Below are positions 16,521 through 32,067 of a stretch of DNA of 64,000 nucleotides, piece by piece. How positions within the stretch are numbered: position 1 is the first letter of the stretch; each line of letters begins with the position of its first letter. The DNA is from the human T2T-CHM13v2.0 reference genome, Homo sapiens. The stretch is taken from NCBI RefSeq assembly GCF_009914755.1, contig NC_060929.1. One strand, 5' to 3'. The notes under the pieces were generated by a model that saw nothing but the letters and a program-made list of their open reading frames with translations, was not told the origin of the DNA and did no database searches. The position numbers and the translations under genes are program-made.

Positions 16521-17607
16521 ATAGACAGATGAGGAACATCACGGTATGTGAGGCTGAGAGAAGATGGCAGAGGCAACAGAGCCATGCCTTGCTGTGAACC
16601 CTTGCAGGATTCAGACCCAGGATTCTCACAAGCGCACTCCCGCACCTCATGAACTCCAAAGGGACAGCCTGGAAATGTCCAATATTCTGCCGTCTGCAGA
16701 GACATGAGTTTTCCCTTACAATCAAATACATAAAAGACTTTCTTCTCCTCATTTAACTTTCCACTTTACAATGAATACTTTTCTGAAGTTGCGGATGCTG
16801 GCTGATTAGAAACATTTTACTTTTAAGGCTCCTGACTTCAGGCATTAATTTGATCCCTCAAAGATTATTTTACTACTTTTCTAAATATTTGAGGTCACTC
16901 AGTTTTGAGTGGAGTACGGCTACAGGTTATCCCCAAACATGTTTTCAGGCTTAGTATCTAGTTACCCCAGAAAACCAGCTGCTTGTAACTCCCAACAATT
17001 TTCTGGAAACATTACTTAGTCTTTTAACAAAAATAATAGGCCCTCGATAGTCCAAAGCTTTGGTTCTATAAGGGTGTGGCAGAAAAGGGGGCATGTTGGA
17101 TTTGAAGACCAGCCCTGTTCCTCTCACTGCTGGGAATGGGGATGGCTAGTATAACCAACACTGGTATAACAGAAGAGAAGTGATTTATTTCGGAAAACTC
17201 CTCCAGTCTGTCTGCTTTTAATTTAGCTAATTTATCTGCTGGCAACAGCTGGAGTAAGGAATTGAAAGTGATACATTAACCCATAAAAAGACTCAGCCAC
17301 TTGTTCCAAATTCACACCATTCTTCCTCCACACATTCAATTCCGTTTCCACTAGGCAACTTCCAGATCCAATTGGCTGGCCATCTTCCAAATGACAGCCA
17401 CATGTCTGAGTGTAATCACAAAAAGCAAAGTACTCACGGATTAAGTCTTGCTTCCCAGTTTCCTAGTAATTTAACCCACTGAACTGAACTATCAGGACAC
17501 CTGCTACAGGCTACTGCCGCTGCAAGGAACTTGCACAGCATGGCTCTATGACCACCAGCATAAACCATGAGCAACCCATCGGGCCACAGCCAGGCTTAGC
17601 AACCTAC

Positions 17608-17851
17608 TTTGCCGTTCGCACTTCTACGGTGCCCTTGAGCTTCTCCTCGCTGTCGTTTTCAAAGTACATCAGCTTGGACTGGCGGAGGACAAACCAGCGC
17701 TTCTTCCAATTTCTCCTGGACAGCGTGGAGGAGCCCCCCCCTTTTTTGTGGAGCCAGCCTTGCTTGAGGGCCTCCTGCTTGGAGCGGAACCACAAGAAGG
17801 TTTCATCCTTGAGGACGCACCAGCGGCGTTTCCAAGAGTTCATCAGGCCAC
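17608..17851 (-). CDS. MYO10: MYO10 exon (~27), PH1 N-half and PH2 start: GGLMNSWKRRWCVLKDETFLWFRSKQEALKQGWLHKKGGGSSTLSRRNWKKRWFVLRQ...
   Basis: ACAG| acceptor, CAA|GTAGGT donor; 244 nt; two PH beta-strand motifs (WKRRWCVL, WKKRWFVL). Confidence 0.97.
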
Positions 17852-18288
17852 CTGTTCCCCGTGAGATTGGGTAGAGAGGGGTGAAAGAAAAGTCAGTCAA
17901 GTTGGATGACAACAACATGCATAGCAGGTGTTAAGGTCTAGCCGAGCTTAGACTCTGCCCCAGCCGCAGCACCGCAGAGACCCCTCAGTGAGGAGTGGCA
18001 CTGCTAGCTCATGTCTGGGGGCACCACACAGATGTCACACCAGCCAGGCTGGATTATACAAGAATCCTTCTATCCAAAGGAGTTCCTGCTCACTTAGCTG
18101 AGAAAGCTTTGAAAGGAGCCAATAGAAAAGCAAGTAATGAACTGACACTCTAACCCAGGAATGAGTCAAAAGCCAAGGGTGAGAACCATGTCCCTATGTA
18201 TGGATCAGGCTTATCCCAAAATGCACCAGAGAGGGAAAATTATTTTAACATGGTGTCAAAGTTTACCAGTTTCTTTACCCGTTTTTTG

Positions 18289-18578
18289 GGCCAGGAGCGG
18301 TGGCTCATGCCTGTAATCCCAGCACTTTGGGAGGCCGAGGCGGGTGGATCACTTGAGGTCAGGAGTTCGAGACCAGCCTGGCCAACACGGTAAAACCCTG
18401 TCTCTACTAAAAATACAAAAATTAGCCGGGTATGGTGGTGCGTGCCTGTAATCCCAGCTACTTGGGAGGCTGGGGTAGGACAATCGCTTGAATCCGGGAG
18501 GAGGAGGTTGCAGTGAGCAGAGATTGTACCACTAGACTCCAGCTTGGGTGACAGAGTGAGACTCCGTCTCAAAAAATA
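18289..18578 (+). mobile_element. AluS
   Basis: Full dimer. Confidence 0.92.
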
Positions 18579-19814
18579 AACAAAGTTTACCCATTTCCTT
18601 CCATATTTGGTCAATGTGCGAACAAGAATTATCAGTGATTCCAGGGTTGACTGATAAAGTCTAACTTACACAGGTAAAGACAATATGGCTTTTTGGAGAA
18701 AAACATCTTTTCAAAGAAAAGCATCATCTGAAAATGGTTTACAGGTATAAGACTGAGACTATGAAAAAAAAAAAAAGAAAGCAAGAGTAAAAACTACACT
18801 AAGATTTGAACTTAAATATACAGATGTTATCTTTCATAGGATAAAAAAATCTTGCTATGCTCTTCAGGGAGGATAATTTTGTATTCCAGATTCCCCAACC
18901 TGCTCAAGATCAACATCTTACACACATCTGTTATTATAAGACTGTCCACACATTATTTTCTTTTGACCAACCAGTAATGAAAATAAGGGTCATTTAAACA
19001 TGGGATATTTAAAGTAAGTATATAATCCTATCCTTTTATGCGTTCACTGTGTGAAAACCAGACAGTGCACTTGCTTCACTGAACTTTCTAGACTCCTCTC
19101 CCTCCTTTTGTCCAAGAGGCCCCTGCTCATCTAGCTGAGACATCTTTGGTAATTGTGCCAAGCTGCAGAGACGTGTCCTAACATATGGCAAACTTGCCAA
19201 CGGCTACCAGAATGAAACATTATTAGTGTTTTGATTTGTGACTTTAATCTGGGTTTCTCAAAACAAGCCTGGAGGAAAACTGTGCAAAATTATTCTATTA
19301 TCTTGTTGTTGTTAAATGATAAAGCTTATTCACAGTTGTTTCAAAGATTAGAAGAGTCATCACGACAGCTCTCACCATTAGTTTATTTAATCTAATTGAT
19401 TAATTAGATTTATTTATTTATTTATTGATAGCACTCACTCTTGGCCCTCCCTTTGCAATTTCAGGCCCTCTCTTGATAATTCATCATTTAGAGAATCACT
19501 TAATGCTATAATTTCCTAATTGCAAACATCTTTAGTAGGTTATTTGGTTGTAAAAATTTATTTATGCCCATAAAATATAAATTGGTGATTAGATTTTCTT
19601 TTTCATTCATTCGTTGCTCTGAAACTTTTTGGCTCTGCTTTAATTAAAGTTTTATTAAGTATTAAATGAGGCTGCATTTACACAATAGCTTTAAGAGATG
19701 CCGAAAACTCACCCATTTAACTTCTTTGACCCTGATTTTAATACTTTGAATGTGTCTTTACTTTTTTCCTACTCTTACTGGTTTTAATCCAGTAACTGTA
19801 TAATAAATCAATGC

Positions 19815-20080
<266 letters not shown>

Positions 20081-20612
20081 TTAAGAGGAATATTGAAGAG
20101 AATTTTCAAATTAACTTAGGGAATTAAAAATTGAGGAATGGGAATTATATATTAGTAAAAACAGTTAAGATGATTTCTAACTGAGAAAATCTTAAGATGC
20201 TATGATTAAATACTTATTGGATCAAAGGTTCTGATTTGCAATGACATTTTTTCCTTTGTCAGGTGTTCCAGTGCTGGCTACCTCACCCTTGATGTTTTTC
20301 ATTCCAACAGTCCTACTAAAAGTCTCCCCTAAACCAAACCTTCTAGGGGTTTCATGAGCACTGTGGGGCTCCAAAGCTGAGGATGGCAGAACTCTGAAAG
20401 GCAAATGACTGACAGTCGTCACTAGACCCATGTTTTCTAAGAGGAGCAGGTGAAGCAAAAAAGGAATCCAGCAAACAAAGCCACAAGTGAAGAAAACAGA
20501 AAAAAAATATTGAAGATAACAAAAGAAAAGACATGGAAAAAAACGTAAAGAAGCTAACAGAAAAGAGAAGCACAGAAAGAAAGAAGGGAAAATGGAATAA
20601 AAGGGTTTTCAC

Positions 20613-20903
20613 GGCTGGGCGCGGTGGCTCACTCCTGTAATCCCAGCACTTTGGGAGGCCAAGGCGGGCAGATCACAAGGTTAGGAGTTCGAGACCAGCC
20701 TGGCCGACATGGTGAAACCCTGTCTCTGCTAAAAATACAAAAATTAGCTGGGCATTGGCGTGTGCCTGTAATCCCAGCTACTCAGGAGGCTAAGGCAGGA
20801 GAATCACTTGAACCCCGGGGGCGGAGGCTGCAGTGAGCCACGATTGTGCCATTGCACTCCAGCCTGGGCAACAGAGCAAGATCCTGTCTCAAAAAAAAAA
20901 AAA
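20613..20903 (+). mobile_element. AluS
   Basis: Full dimer; TSD AAAAGG(G)TTTTCA. Confidence 0.92.
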
Positions 20904-21291
20904 GGTTTTCATGGTGGTGGTGGTGAAGACAAAAAAAAGAAAATGTAAATGTAAATGAAGAAAGACGGCAATAAAAAGGAAAGTGAAGAAAAAGGAAGGA
21001 GAAGACAAATTTAAAAATCAAATATGGGAGAAAGCAGGAAGAGGAGACCTGGGGAGGAAGGTTCTCATATCCCTGCCCATCTCCACCTTCTCGACTCTCT
21101 CCCCTCTCCAGTCTAGGTCCATGCGAGAAACAGGACGGTCCCTTCTTTTTAACCATCCACGTAAAACTCCTGCCCAAAATTGGTGATGATTATGGTTTCT
21201 TATTATCCCTGTCACTGAGTTACGAGTCAGAGTCAAGAACAGGAACAAAGCATAAATATGAGGTCCCAATTAAATAATTAAATAATTTTCT

Positions 21292-21600
<309 letters not shown>

Positions 21601-21778
21601 ATAATTTTCCAAAAGGAGTGTGCCTCAAGGCCCCTAAGTGTTAAGGTTCAGCAAAGTATATTCAAATGTTAGTAACAATCAAAGCATACAATGCAAATGC
21701 TCATCATGAAGTAGGTATGGTGAGCAGTTCAAGCCAGCAGTGGGCCTCAGTGAGATCTTCACTTTCCCCCATGTCTAG

Positions 21779-22133
<355 letters not shown>

Positions 22134-22660
22134 GAGAACATGCAGTTTATCATGAGAATGGGTCTCGACCAATTCCAGCAGCAGCAGCAACACACACATT
22201 GGTTTGTATGTCTGTATATATGAGAGAGAGCAATGAGACTGAGACAGAGAGGGAGACAGTGAAAGAGAAAGTGGGAGAGAGAGGGAGAGAAAATAGAAGG
22301 ATGAAGAAAGAGCTAAGAAAGGAAAACGAGACAGGGAGAGACAGGGGAGAAGGACTGATACTGGAGGCAGTGGTTGCAAATGCTTCGTCCTGCCACTCTG
22401 CACCAAACCAGGGGAGTCACGACTGTGTTCATGCTGGTAGGACCACAGCACCCATGTCACACCAACATGACAAGGTGTCCCTTCATTCATCTAAGTGGCC
22501 CAACACTGAGGTAAGGGTAGGTAGAACGACTTTCCCAGTCCCCATCCATCAGCCCAGATACAATAACACCTCCGTTATTTCCCACCGCCATCCATCAGCC
22601 CGGATAAAATAACACCTCGCTCTCCCCCTAACCCAGACTCCATGGCGGCTGCAGTCATAC

Positions 22661-22784
22661 CTTTCATGTACAGAAAGCTGTGGAAATACGGCAGAGTGAC
22701 ACAGCTGTACACAGAGTCACGCCGGTATGAAAGCTCATCATCTGTATCAAACCTGGAATCAAAGTCCTCTTCACTATCTTCAAA
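22661..22784 (-). CDS. MYO10: MYO10 exon (~26): FEDSEEDFDSRFDTDDELSYRRDSVYSCVTLPYFHSFLYMK(G)
   Basis: CCAG| acceptor, AAG|GTATGA donor; 124 nt. Confidence 0.96.
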
Positions 22785-22865
22785 CTGGACCGAGAGAGAG
22801 AAGCCAACGGTGAGGGAAAAGGCCACAAAGCAAGCCACGAAGATACCCAGCATGTATCATCATTG

Positions 22866-23040
22866 AAAAAATACAAAAATACAGCTACTCAAGAGGCTGA
22901 GGCAGCAGAATCACTCGAACCCAGGAGGCAGTGACTGCACTGAGCAGAGATCGTGCCACTGCACTCCAGCCTGGGCAACAGAGCAAGCCTCAGTCTCAAA
23001 AAAAAAAAAAAAAAAAAAAGGAAAAGGAAAAAGAAAAAAA
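22866..23040 (+). mobile_element. Partial Alu (right arm)
   Basis: CAGCTACTCAAGAGGCTGAGGCAG... plus poly-A. Confidence 0.85.
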
Positions 23041-23605
23041 ACAACTGACAAGCAATACGCCTGATTTACGGTAGCACACAAATAATTCGGAATTAAAAAT
23101 ACCAACTTTTAAGGTCAAATGGTCAGTTGAATTGATACATGAAAGACAAGATATACTTGAATCCAAAGGCTATCTGCCCTAAAACTAACAATGCTTTTTA
23201 AGGCTATAATTTTAATCAAACCATGCAAGAGTTCACCCCCTCTGAATTACTATATTAAATATATTTTCAAATCTTTGAAAGTCAAGAGAACATTCAATGC
23301 ACGACCAAAGCGACAAAATAAAAGTAAACTACAGATAAATCCAGAAACTGGAAAAGAGTACATTTAAGCCCTGCAGCTTCTTCCTTTACAGCCACTATAA
23401 GAAATAACATCGTGTGGTTTGGATTGTGAAGTTAGTACAAGGAAAGTTTGCCAGTTCACCCCTGGCAAGTCTTGTTCCAGTTCAGGATGTGTCTTCATTT
23501 CCTAACGCAGCACGGCAAAGCTAAAAGTTCCATTCAAATTGTAAAAAAAGGGAAGGAAGAAATAAAATAAAATAAACAAAAGTTCCATTTAAAAAGCCAG
23601 TTTTA

Positions 23606-23919
23606 AGCCGGGCATGGTGGCTCACGCCTGTAATCCCAGCACTTTGGGGGTCCGAGGCAGGTGGATCACCTGAGGTCAGGAGTTCAAGACCAGCCTGGCC
23701 AACATGGTAAAACCCCATCTCTACTAAAAATACAAAAATTAGACCGGTGTGCTGGCGGGCATCTGTAATCCCAGCTATTCAGGAAGCTGAGGCAGCAGGA
23801 TAGCTTGGACCCGAGAGGTGGGGACTGCAGTGAGGCAAAATCCTGCCAATGCACTCCAGCCTGGATGACAGAGAAGACTCCACCTCAAAAACAACAACAA
23901 CAACAATAAATAAATAAAT
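23606..23919 (+). mobile_element. AluS
   Basis: TSD AGCCAGTTTT. Confidence 0.92.
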
Positions 23920-24173
23920 AGCCAGTTTTCTGAAGTCTTGGGCACAGCTCAGCTCTGGGCTTTGTGCTAAAACTGAAACAGGCACATCAAAGTTCTACTT
24001 ATGAATGCAATTGGCTTATGGAATAAGCAAAAGGTTTAAGATGATCTCTAAGACCACGACTCTGCAATCTTTGCACAGATATCCTACGGGTATCTTCATT
24101 CAACTTGAGGATGCAACAGGGGTGGGTGTGACCGGCCACCCATTTCACTGGGACACGCCAGGCAGGTACTTAC

Positions 24174-25049
24174 CGAGGACTGCGCCCCCTCAGAGCTGAA
24201 CCGGTAGGCACCCGAGCTGTTGTAGGTCCCCACAGAGCAGCGGTAGTCGGGGGACCACTGGCTGCCGTAGGAGTTGGAGAAGGTCACGCTGCTGCCGGAA
24301 GTGATGGCACCGTCCTCATAGTCATCCTGGTCGTAGTCGTAGTCGCCGTCTGGGGAGGGCAAGTCCCCAGCGTTCTGGGGCATGCAGTAGGTGGACTCGC
24401 CGCTGGAGGAGTTGTGTAGGCTCCCGGAGTCCTGCACTGATGGGGCGAGCAGCACCGTGCTGTCCGCACTGGGGCTGGTGGGCACCACCGTGTCGTTCAT
24501 GTATGGGTCCTCCTCTGAAGAGTCATCGCTGGTCCGGATGCCACTTGTTCGCTGGTCTGAGTGGCCGTGCTCGCTGGGGTTGGGGGAGTCCTTGAAGGCG
24601 TCGTCGTCGGCTTCGAAGCCCTCATCGACCTCCTCCTCTGGGTAGGGCTGGCTGAAGTTGAAGTTGGGCTTCTCCTCGCATGCGCTCTCAGCCAGCTCGC
24701 TGGAAAATTCGCTTCCCACCGACAGGGACCGCTCGATATTCCGGACACACTCGTCGATCTCGTCGAAATTGAGGGACTCGAGGAACTCCTGGGCCGCCCT
24801 GCACGCTTCCTCCTCCAGCCTGCGGAGCTCCTGGTCCCGCCGCTCCTGCAGCTTCTGCAGGGAAGCCTCGGTCAGCGACAGCTCCTGCTGCTCCTTCATG
24901 CGCTGCAGGTCCTCGATTTCTTTCTCCAGACGGAGGATCTCTTCCACCTGCTTATTTTCCTTCTGTTTCTCCAGTTCACGGGTCAGTTCAGCTTCCTTCT
25001 GGCTCTTCTGCAAGGCTTCGAGTTCTTGCTGCTTCCTCGTTTCTTCTTC
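24174..25049 (-). CDS. MYO10: MYO10 large exon (~25): SAH/anti-parallel coiled coil and PEST region (EEETRKQQELEALQKSQKEAEL...SSEGAQSS)
   Basis: CCAG| acceptor, TCG|GTAAGT donor; 876 nt = 292 codons; matches ORF 24096..25013. Confidence 0.98.
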
Positions 25050-25137
25050 CTGGACAGAAGCAGAAGGGAGATTTCAGAAGGCTTCAGTACAAAAGTCCAA
25101 GCATAGCTCCCGCTTTGCAACCAGGATGAAATATGGT

Positions 25138-25518
25138 CATTATGAGTTGGACTGTGTCCCCATAAAGTCTATAGGTTGAAGTCCTAACCCCAATACTGCA
25201 GAATGTGACTGCATTTGGAGATACAGCTTTTAAAGGGGAGACTAAGTTAAAATGAGTTCACTAGGGTGGGCCCCAATCCAAGATGACTGGTGTCCTTTTG
25301 GGAACAGGAGACTAGGTCACACAGAGAAAAAAGGCTGCGTGAGGACACACTGGACAGACGGCCACCTGCAAGCCAAGGGGAGGGGCCTCAGAAGACATCA
25401 AACTTAAGGATAACTTGATCTTGCAGTTCCGGCCTCCAGAGCTGGGAGAAAATCAGTTTCCACTGTTCAATCCACCAGTCTGTGGTATTTGGCTGTGGTG
25501 GGCCTAGCAAACTAACAC
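25138..25518 (+). mobile_element. MLT1B-like MaLR LTR
   Basis: GTTGAAGTCCTAACCCC...AGAATGTGACTG...CCTAGCAAACTAACAC resembles the MLT1A/B consensus. Confidence 0.8.
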
Positions 25519-25753
25519 GCTGGTTATACCGATTTAGAGAAATTATACTCTTGTGATGCACACTAAAACCTCAGCCATTCACTACGCTTTACCCAATTGT
25601 AATAGGTCAGAAATTGGATCATAAACACATCCTCTTAAATTGTTCTTCCTGTTATCTTTCTACTTTAATTCAGTTTTGAATCCTAGAGTCCAAGCATTAG
25701 AAGTGGGAAGGAAGTAGAAACACAAGAGGCTAAGTTGTCACTGCACTCATTAC

Positions 25754-25799
25754 CTGCTGGGCGCGGAGCTCGGCTTCTCTTCGCTCTCTCTCTCTTTCT
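25754..25799 (-). CDS. MYO10: MYO10 46-nt exon (~24), SAH: (R)ERERERREAELRAQQ
   Basis: TTTTTAG| acceptor, CAG|GTAATG donor; phase 2 to 0 bridges the flanking exons. Confidence 0.93.
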
Positions 25800-26135
25800 C
25801 TAAAAATAGTAAAGGAAAAGTGAAAATCAACAACAATAACCCTGGAACCACTTTTCAGAGAGATCTACGTTTTTAAAACAGCTTTGCCAAAGACAGAAAG
25901 CATGAAAGACAGAGCCCCTTCCTCTGGCCATGGATTTATTCTGTATGAATAAAAATATTCACAGAACTGGGTCTTTAATGCTGCCAAGGAATTTTATATT
26001 CTAGCCACCTAGAGTTACTGTTTCAAATTGTAGGTTCTGGGGCATCTGCTGGGATTTCTGGCTGCACAGACAGATACCGAGCACAGCACTCAAAATGTAT
26101 CCATTTGTTTCATCCCAGCAAGAAAGGTACTGTAC

Positions 26136-26369
26136 CTTTCTTCTTCCTCCCGTTTCTTCTTTTCTTCCTCTTCCTGTTTCTTCTTTTCTTCTTGCTCCCT
26201 TTTCTCTGCCAGCAATTGTCTGTAAACTCTCCGAGCAATCTGACCTCTGAGTTGCTTCTGGAAAACTATGGCTGCCTTTTTCAGGTGCAAAAATCTCCTC
26301 CTCAGAAGGAATGCTCTGTAATTCTTCTGTATTATCACCACACAATAAAGGACCTTTCTGTATTGTTTT
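26136..26369 (-). CDS. MYO10: MYO10 exon (~23): IQ2, IQ3 and start of SAH (KQYRKVLYCVVIIQKNYRAFLLRRRFLHLKKAAIVFQKQLRGQIARR...EEEE)
   Basis: TTTTCAG| acceptor, AAG|GTACAG donor; 234 nt; IQxxxR motifs. Confidence 0.97.
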
Positions 26370-26695
26370 CTGAAAATGAAAGAAAACAAGAGAATCGGCA
26401 TTGAAGTAATGAGGCTTTGAGCTATTCAAATGAGCTCACATCAAGGCTACAAGACAAAAGAGGACCCAGTTTTAGAATGAGACTCTCATTATGGAAACTG
26501 GAGAGAACAAGGAGGCCCCTTTGGTCAAAACAAAACAGGAGAAAAACAAAGAAATAATAACAAACAAAACTAAAGTAAGAAGCCTATCACTATCTTGGCT
26601 AAATAAACACATAACCCCTCATGTTGGCTTTAAGTAGTCTTGGCAGAAAGTTGGGTAAAAAGTTCCCAAAGAGATCTGATATATTCTCCTGTTCA

Positions 26696-27234
<539 letters not shown>

Positions 27235-27250
27235 TTAAATATCAGGAGAA

Positions 27251-27547
<297 letters not shown>

Positions 27548-27784
27548 TCAGTAGAGTTCCCTGCTGTCACTGTTCTTTCTACCTGAGAAGTCAAAAAGTG
27601 CAGAGCTCCCTTTCCTACCTGCTGCCCAGTCAGGCTAGCTAGGTTTCGGGAGTGGCTGCTTAGGAGGCCTGACCTGAGGCTCCCCTCAATTCAAAAACCT
27701 CAGGCCACTCCACTGGAACACACTGGGAAGGAAGGACCCCCTCATGGAGCTTCCTGCCTTATCCCCTCAGCGTGGGGTTCTTAC

Positions 27785-27891
27785 CGTGCTAAGAAGCCCA
27801 AGACATGGGCCCGAATCACCATGGCCGCGTGGCTCACTTCCTCTTCCCTCCGCTTCTCCAGTTTCTGTTCCAAGGATTCTCGAAGAAAGAC
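27785..27891 (-). CDS. MYO10: MYO10 exon (~22): converter end and IQ1 (VFLRESLEQKLEKRREEEVSHAAMVIRAHVLGFLA(R))
   Basis: GCAG| acceptor, ACG|GTAAGA donor; 107 nt. Confidence 0.95.
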
Positions 27892-29105
27892 CTGCTCAGG
27901 ACAGAGTCACATGTCAGAAGCAAAGAACATGGCCAGCAGAAGGAAGGCATTTCTGAGTCAAAGATATCTTCTGGAGTTAAGGCTTTTTTCTCTTAGTTTG
28001 ATCCACCACATGGCCATGCTTTCTAGAATAGTGCTTTTTAAAGGTTCCACCTGTCATGGGCTAAAACAGTTGCAAAATCCAATAAAGATATATTACAAGG
28101 AAAAACAAAAATGCTGCATACAAATACAAGTGCCTTTTATGGTTATTGTTACTGAATTCAACAGGCATAAGATGACTACCAAATTGCTATCTAAGCTTCT
28201 CAACACTTAACACATCATGGGCTGGGACGAATAGTTCATGGACCAGCATTGGTCACTACATTGAGTCTACGTAATATGATTCAGAGATACAGAAAGCAGA
28301 GGAAGGAAAGGAGGAAGGAAGGGAAGCCAAGAAATTTCTAAAACGTTATTTTGCCTTTATGTGGAAATCCTCTCTTTGTGCCTGCTATGTGATTACAATC
28401 AGAGTATCTTGGCTTCAAAAACTTAAATGCACTCAAAATATTGACGTTAAGAACATTATTCTGAAAACTGAGTTTAAAATGAGAACTGAATTATTTCAGC
28501 TACATCTCAGTTTGACTAGCACAAGCACAGTGGAATCAGGACTAAATAAATTGTAGCTGTTTGCTTGCCTATGTCTGAGAATGGACACGTCCATCCTCTG
28601 CTTATCAAATAAGTGTGTCAGGTAATTGGCACTTTGTATTAGAATTCCTAGTTTTTGAAAAGATATGAAAATACCAGGACCTTCTCTTGATAAAGTGGCT
28701 TTTAATTTTGCCATTTCAGATTTAATACACGCATAAGAAATTTTGAATGATTCCCTATAACAACCAGTATCAAACATTTTCATGCTTTTTTGTTAACAAT
28801 CCACACAGATGCATTTTGGTGTCTCCGCAATTTTTTACTTTACGCTTCCATGCGTCATTCTGGCCTAAAATGGTGCATCACGTTCTCCCAATGGCACATT
28901 TTTCCAGGTTCTCTGCTCTGTGTCCTCCATGACATTTGGGCAAAAAAGCAAATAAAGAGTCCTACCACCTTGTGACTCACAGCCGTACCTATTCCTGCTC
29001 TGGGTAAAACTTCATCACAAATCATTCTCCTAGGAAAGCTCTTCATACAATCCTCTCCTTATAATACAATTATTATTGTATTATATATACAATATATATT
29101 CTGTT

Positions 29106-29530
<425 letters not shown>

Positions 29531-30128
29531 TCTGTTGGTGCAGAAGCTACAAGTGTAAAGTTTGTTGGATGTAATCATCATTAAAGATGTTCAGAAATAC
29601 AGAATTCCCTGTACATATCAAAATCACGTAGCAAAAGCAGTTTTCATCAAGACTGGACTTTTAAGGAAGCATTTCAACTTCTCTGAGATTTTTGTTTGGT
29701 ATTACATATCTTACTCTAATGCTTTTGCTCTTATGAGTGCTTAAAAGGAAAAATAACAGCCAAATCTTGGGGAAGGGGGTGGTGGTGACGAAAGAGACAA
29801 AAGTGTCAACTCTCATGAGTGACACAGCGATGACGTGAACAAGTGGAAACCTTTGTGAAGGAACAAAGGTCTTCTCCACCATTGGAAGTCAAAAGAATGT
29901 CTTGGTTAGAATCAGAATCAGACAAATACTTGCTTTAGTTTTCAGTCCATTAAAAAGACAGCTCTCAAAATAAATAAATAAATATGTTTTTAAAAAGCAT
30001 TCTTCCACATCTTTATTTACATTCTCCTTCACCAACCTAAAGGGCAAACAAATAGAGAAAATGCTTTTAGGGACCTGTCAGTTTCATTAAGAACACGAAC
30101 CCTGAATTAGACAATGACAGAAGGAAAG

Positions 30129-30491
30129 TGATAGGTTTGGCTGTGTCCCCACTCAAATCTCATCTTGAATTGTAGCTCCCATAATTCCTATGTGTCATGG
30201 GAGGGACCTGGTAGGAGGTAATTGGATCATGGGCGCAGGTCTTTCCCATGCTGTTCTCACGACAGTGAATAAGTCTCATGGGATCTGATAGTTTTAAAAA
30301 GGGGAGTTGCCCTGCACATGCTCTCTTGCCTGTTGCCATGTAGGATGTGCCTTTACTCTTCCTTCATCTTCTGCCATGATCATGAGGCCTCCCCAGCCAT
30401 GTGGAACTGTGAGTCCATTAAACCTCTTTCTTTTATAAATTACCCAGTCTCGGGTATGTCTTTATTAGCAGTGTGAGAACAGACTAATACA
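30129..30491 (+). mobile_element. THE1B-like MaLR solo LTR
   Basis: TGATAGGTTTGGCTGTGTCCCC...GAACAGACTAATACA; 5-bp TSD GAAAG. Confidence 0.92.
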
Positions 30492-31770
30492 GAAAGTGTT
30501 TCTGTGAGCCCTTGTGTCACTTTGCCATGTTCCCAGGACTCAGCCAAGACCAAGTTGGCACAACCTAGTGACTGGGAATGTGGCATCAAAGCAGGCACCA
30601 AAGCAGCTGAGCAAAGGGTGGTACCCACTCAGGCGCTGCTTGGCTGAACTTGACTCAATATCCAACAGGAACCATTTCACGTGGTTCTTTTTCACTTTTA
30701 TCTTCTTAGGTAGCTTAAGATCCTGTGGGTTATTCTAGTACACTGTCTTTATAAAAATACCTCCTGCATGCTTCATTGCCACAGAACTGAGGAAGAAAAG
30801 TCTGACACTGAAGTCCAGAGGGTCAGAAAAGTAAAAGTCTTGAGTCTTCAGGAATCCTTGAGGCAGTGGGAAAAGCCAAAACCAGGAAGGAGAGGGACCA
30901 GCTGCCCACCTCAGTCACCGTAAACGCAGCTGTTCAGCAGGGAAATACATTGCAATCTCCTCCCCACGGGCTGTGCCGTGAAGCATCCGACAGGCCGCTT
31001 CAATTCCTAGTAATGCTTCTCCAGTCCTCTAGGTAAGAATGCTTGCCTTACAAGAACAAATATGTTTTGGATAAGTCAGCCAGTTCAGACCTGGAGCCAT
31101 GTCTAATTCGCTGCCTTCGACACTGGCTAAACTTGCCTGTTGTGTACGGCAGACATTCCTTTACCAGAAGACCAGAAGTTCATTAGAGGTTTGAGGCTTT
31201 AAACAGAAAGACCTTCTGGTGGCAACACACCAAAACACCTGCTATCCAACATGTAACTCAAACACTGGTCAAGATCAAAGCTATCAAGAAGCCACAATTC
31301 AAATGCTTTGATGTTTGCATTTACTTCCTAACATGTCTGTGGAAAAATAAACTTCCATCCAACTTCTACTCCCAACTTTTCACCAATTAAAACTGAACTC
31401 CTCTTTAAAAACTTCTTCATCTTGAATACTTCCTTGATCATTTCAATCCATAGGGATCTCTCTCCTGAAGAAGCTGTTTCCTTACTCCTTTAAAAAGATT
31501 GTACTGCATGATTTAATTCATCCACTGTGTGTGAATATCTTATCTTCCAACACAGTAAACTGAGGACAACGCCCATGTCTCTGTGTCCCCTATGCTACAC
31601 TACGTCCCAAGCCTGCCTTGGGCCTGATTTCCATAATGTAAATTCTAAGTGAAGCTGGATTAGTACTTGGAGCCCAGAAAAGACTGTTAATGGCTGGGTT
31701 GAGTTTTAATGATCTCTAATGTTACTCCACTGTAGAAGGCAGTGAGGTGACTCGTTTATAGAGAATGCAA

Positions 31771-32067
31771 TTTCTTTTTGTTTTTGAGACAAGGTTTCAC
31801 TCTGTCGCCCAGGTTGGAGTGCAGTGGCATGATCAGGGCTCACTGCAGTCTTGACCTCCTGGGTTCGAGCAATCCTCCCACTCTAGCCACGCGAGTAGCT
31901 GGGACTATAGGCACATGCCACCACGCCTGGCTAATTTTTCTGAATTTCAGTAGAGAAAAGGTCTCACTATGTTTTCCAGGCTGGTCTCAGACTCCTGGGC
32001 TCAAGCGATCCTTCTGCCTCAGCCTCCCAAAGTGCTGGAATTACAAATGTGAGCCACTGTGCCTGGC
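31771..32067 (-). mobile_element. AluJ
   Basis: TSD TGCAATTTCTTTT. Confidence 0.9.

Noticed and set aside
20450-21060. Purine-rich tract resembling Lys/Glu-rich coding sequence or a pseudogene
   Set aside because: Low-complexity A/G sequence with no coherent frame, tail or TSD of its own.
24391-25179. Plus-strand ORFs of 84-181 aa
   Set aside because: Antisense shadows of the GC-rich MYO10 coding exon.
25800-25843. Alternative in-frame acceptor 42 nt upstream of the 46-nt exon
   Set aside because: Poor pyrimidine tract, and it would insert hydrophobic residues into the SAH; no support from sequence.
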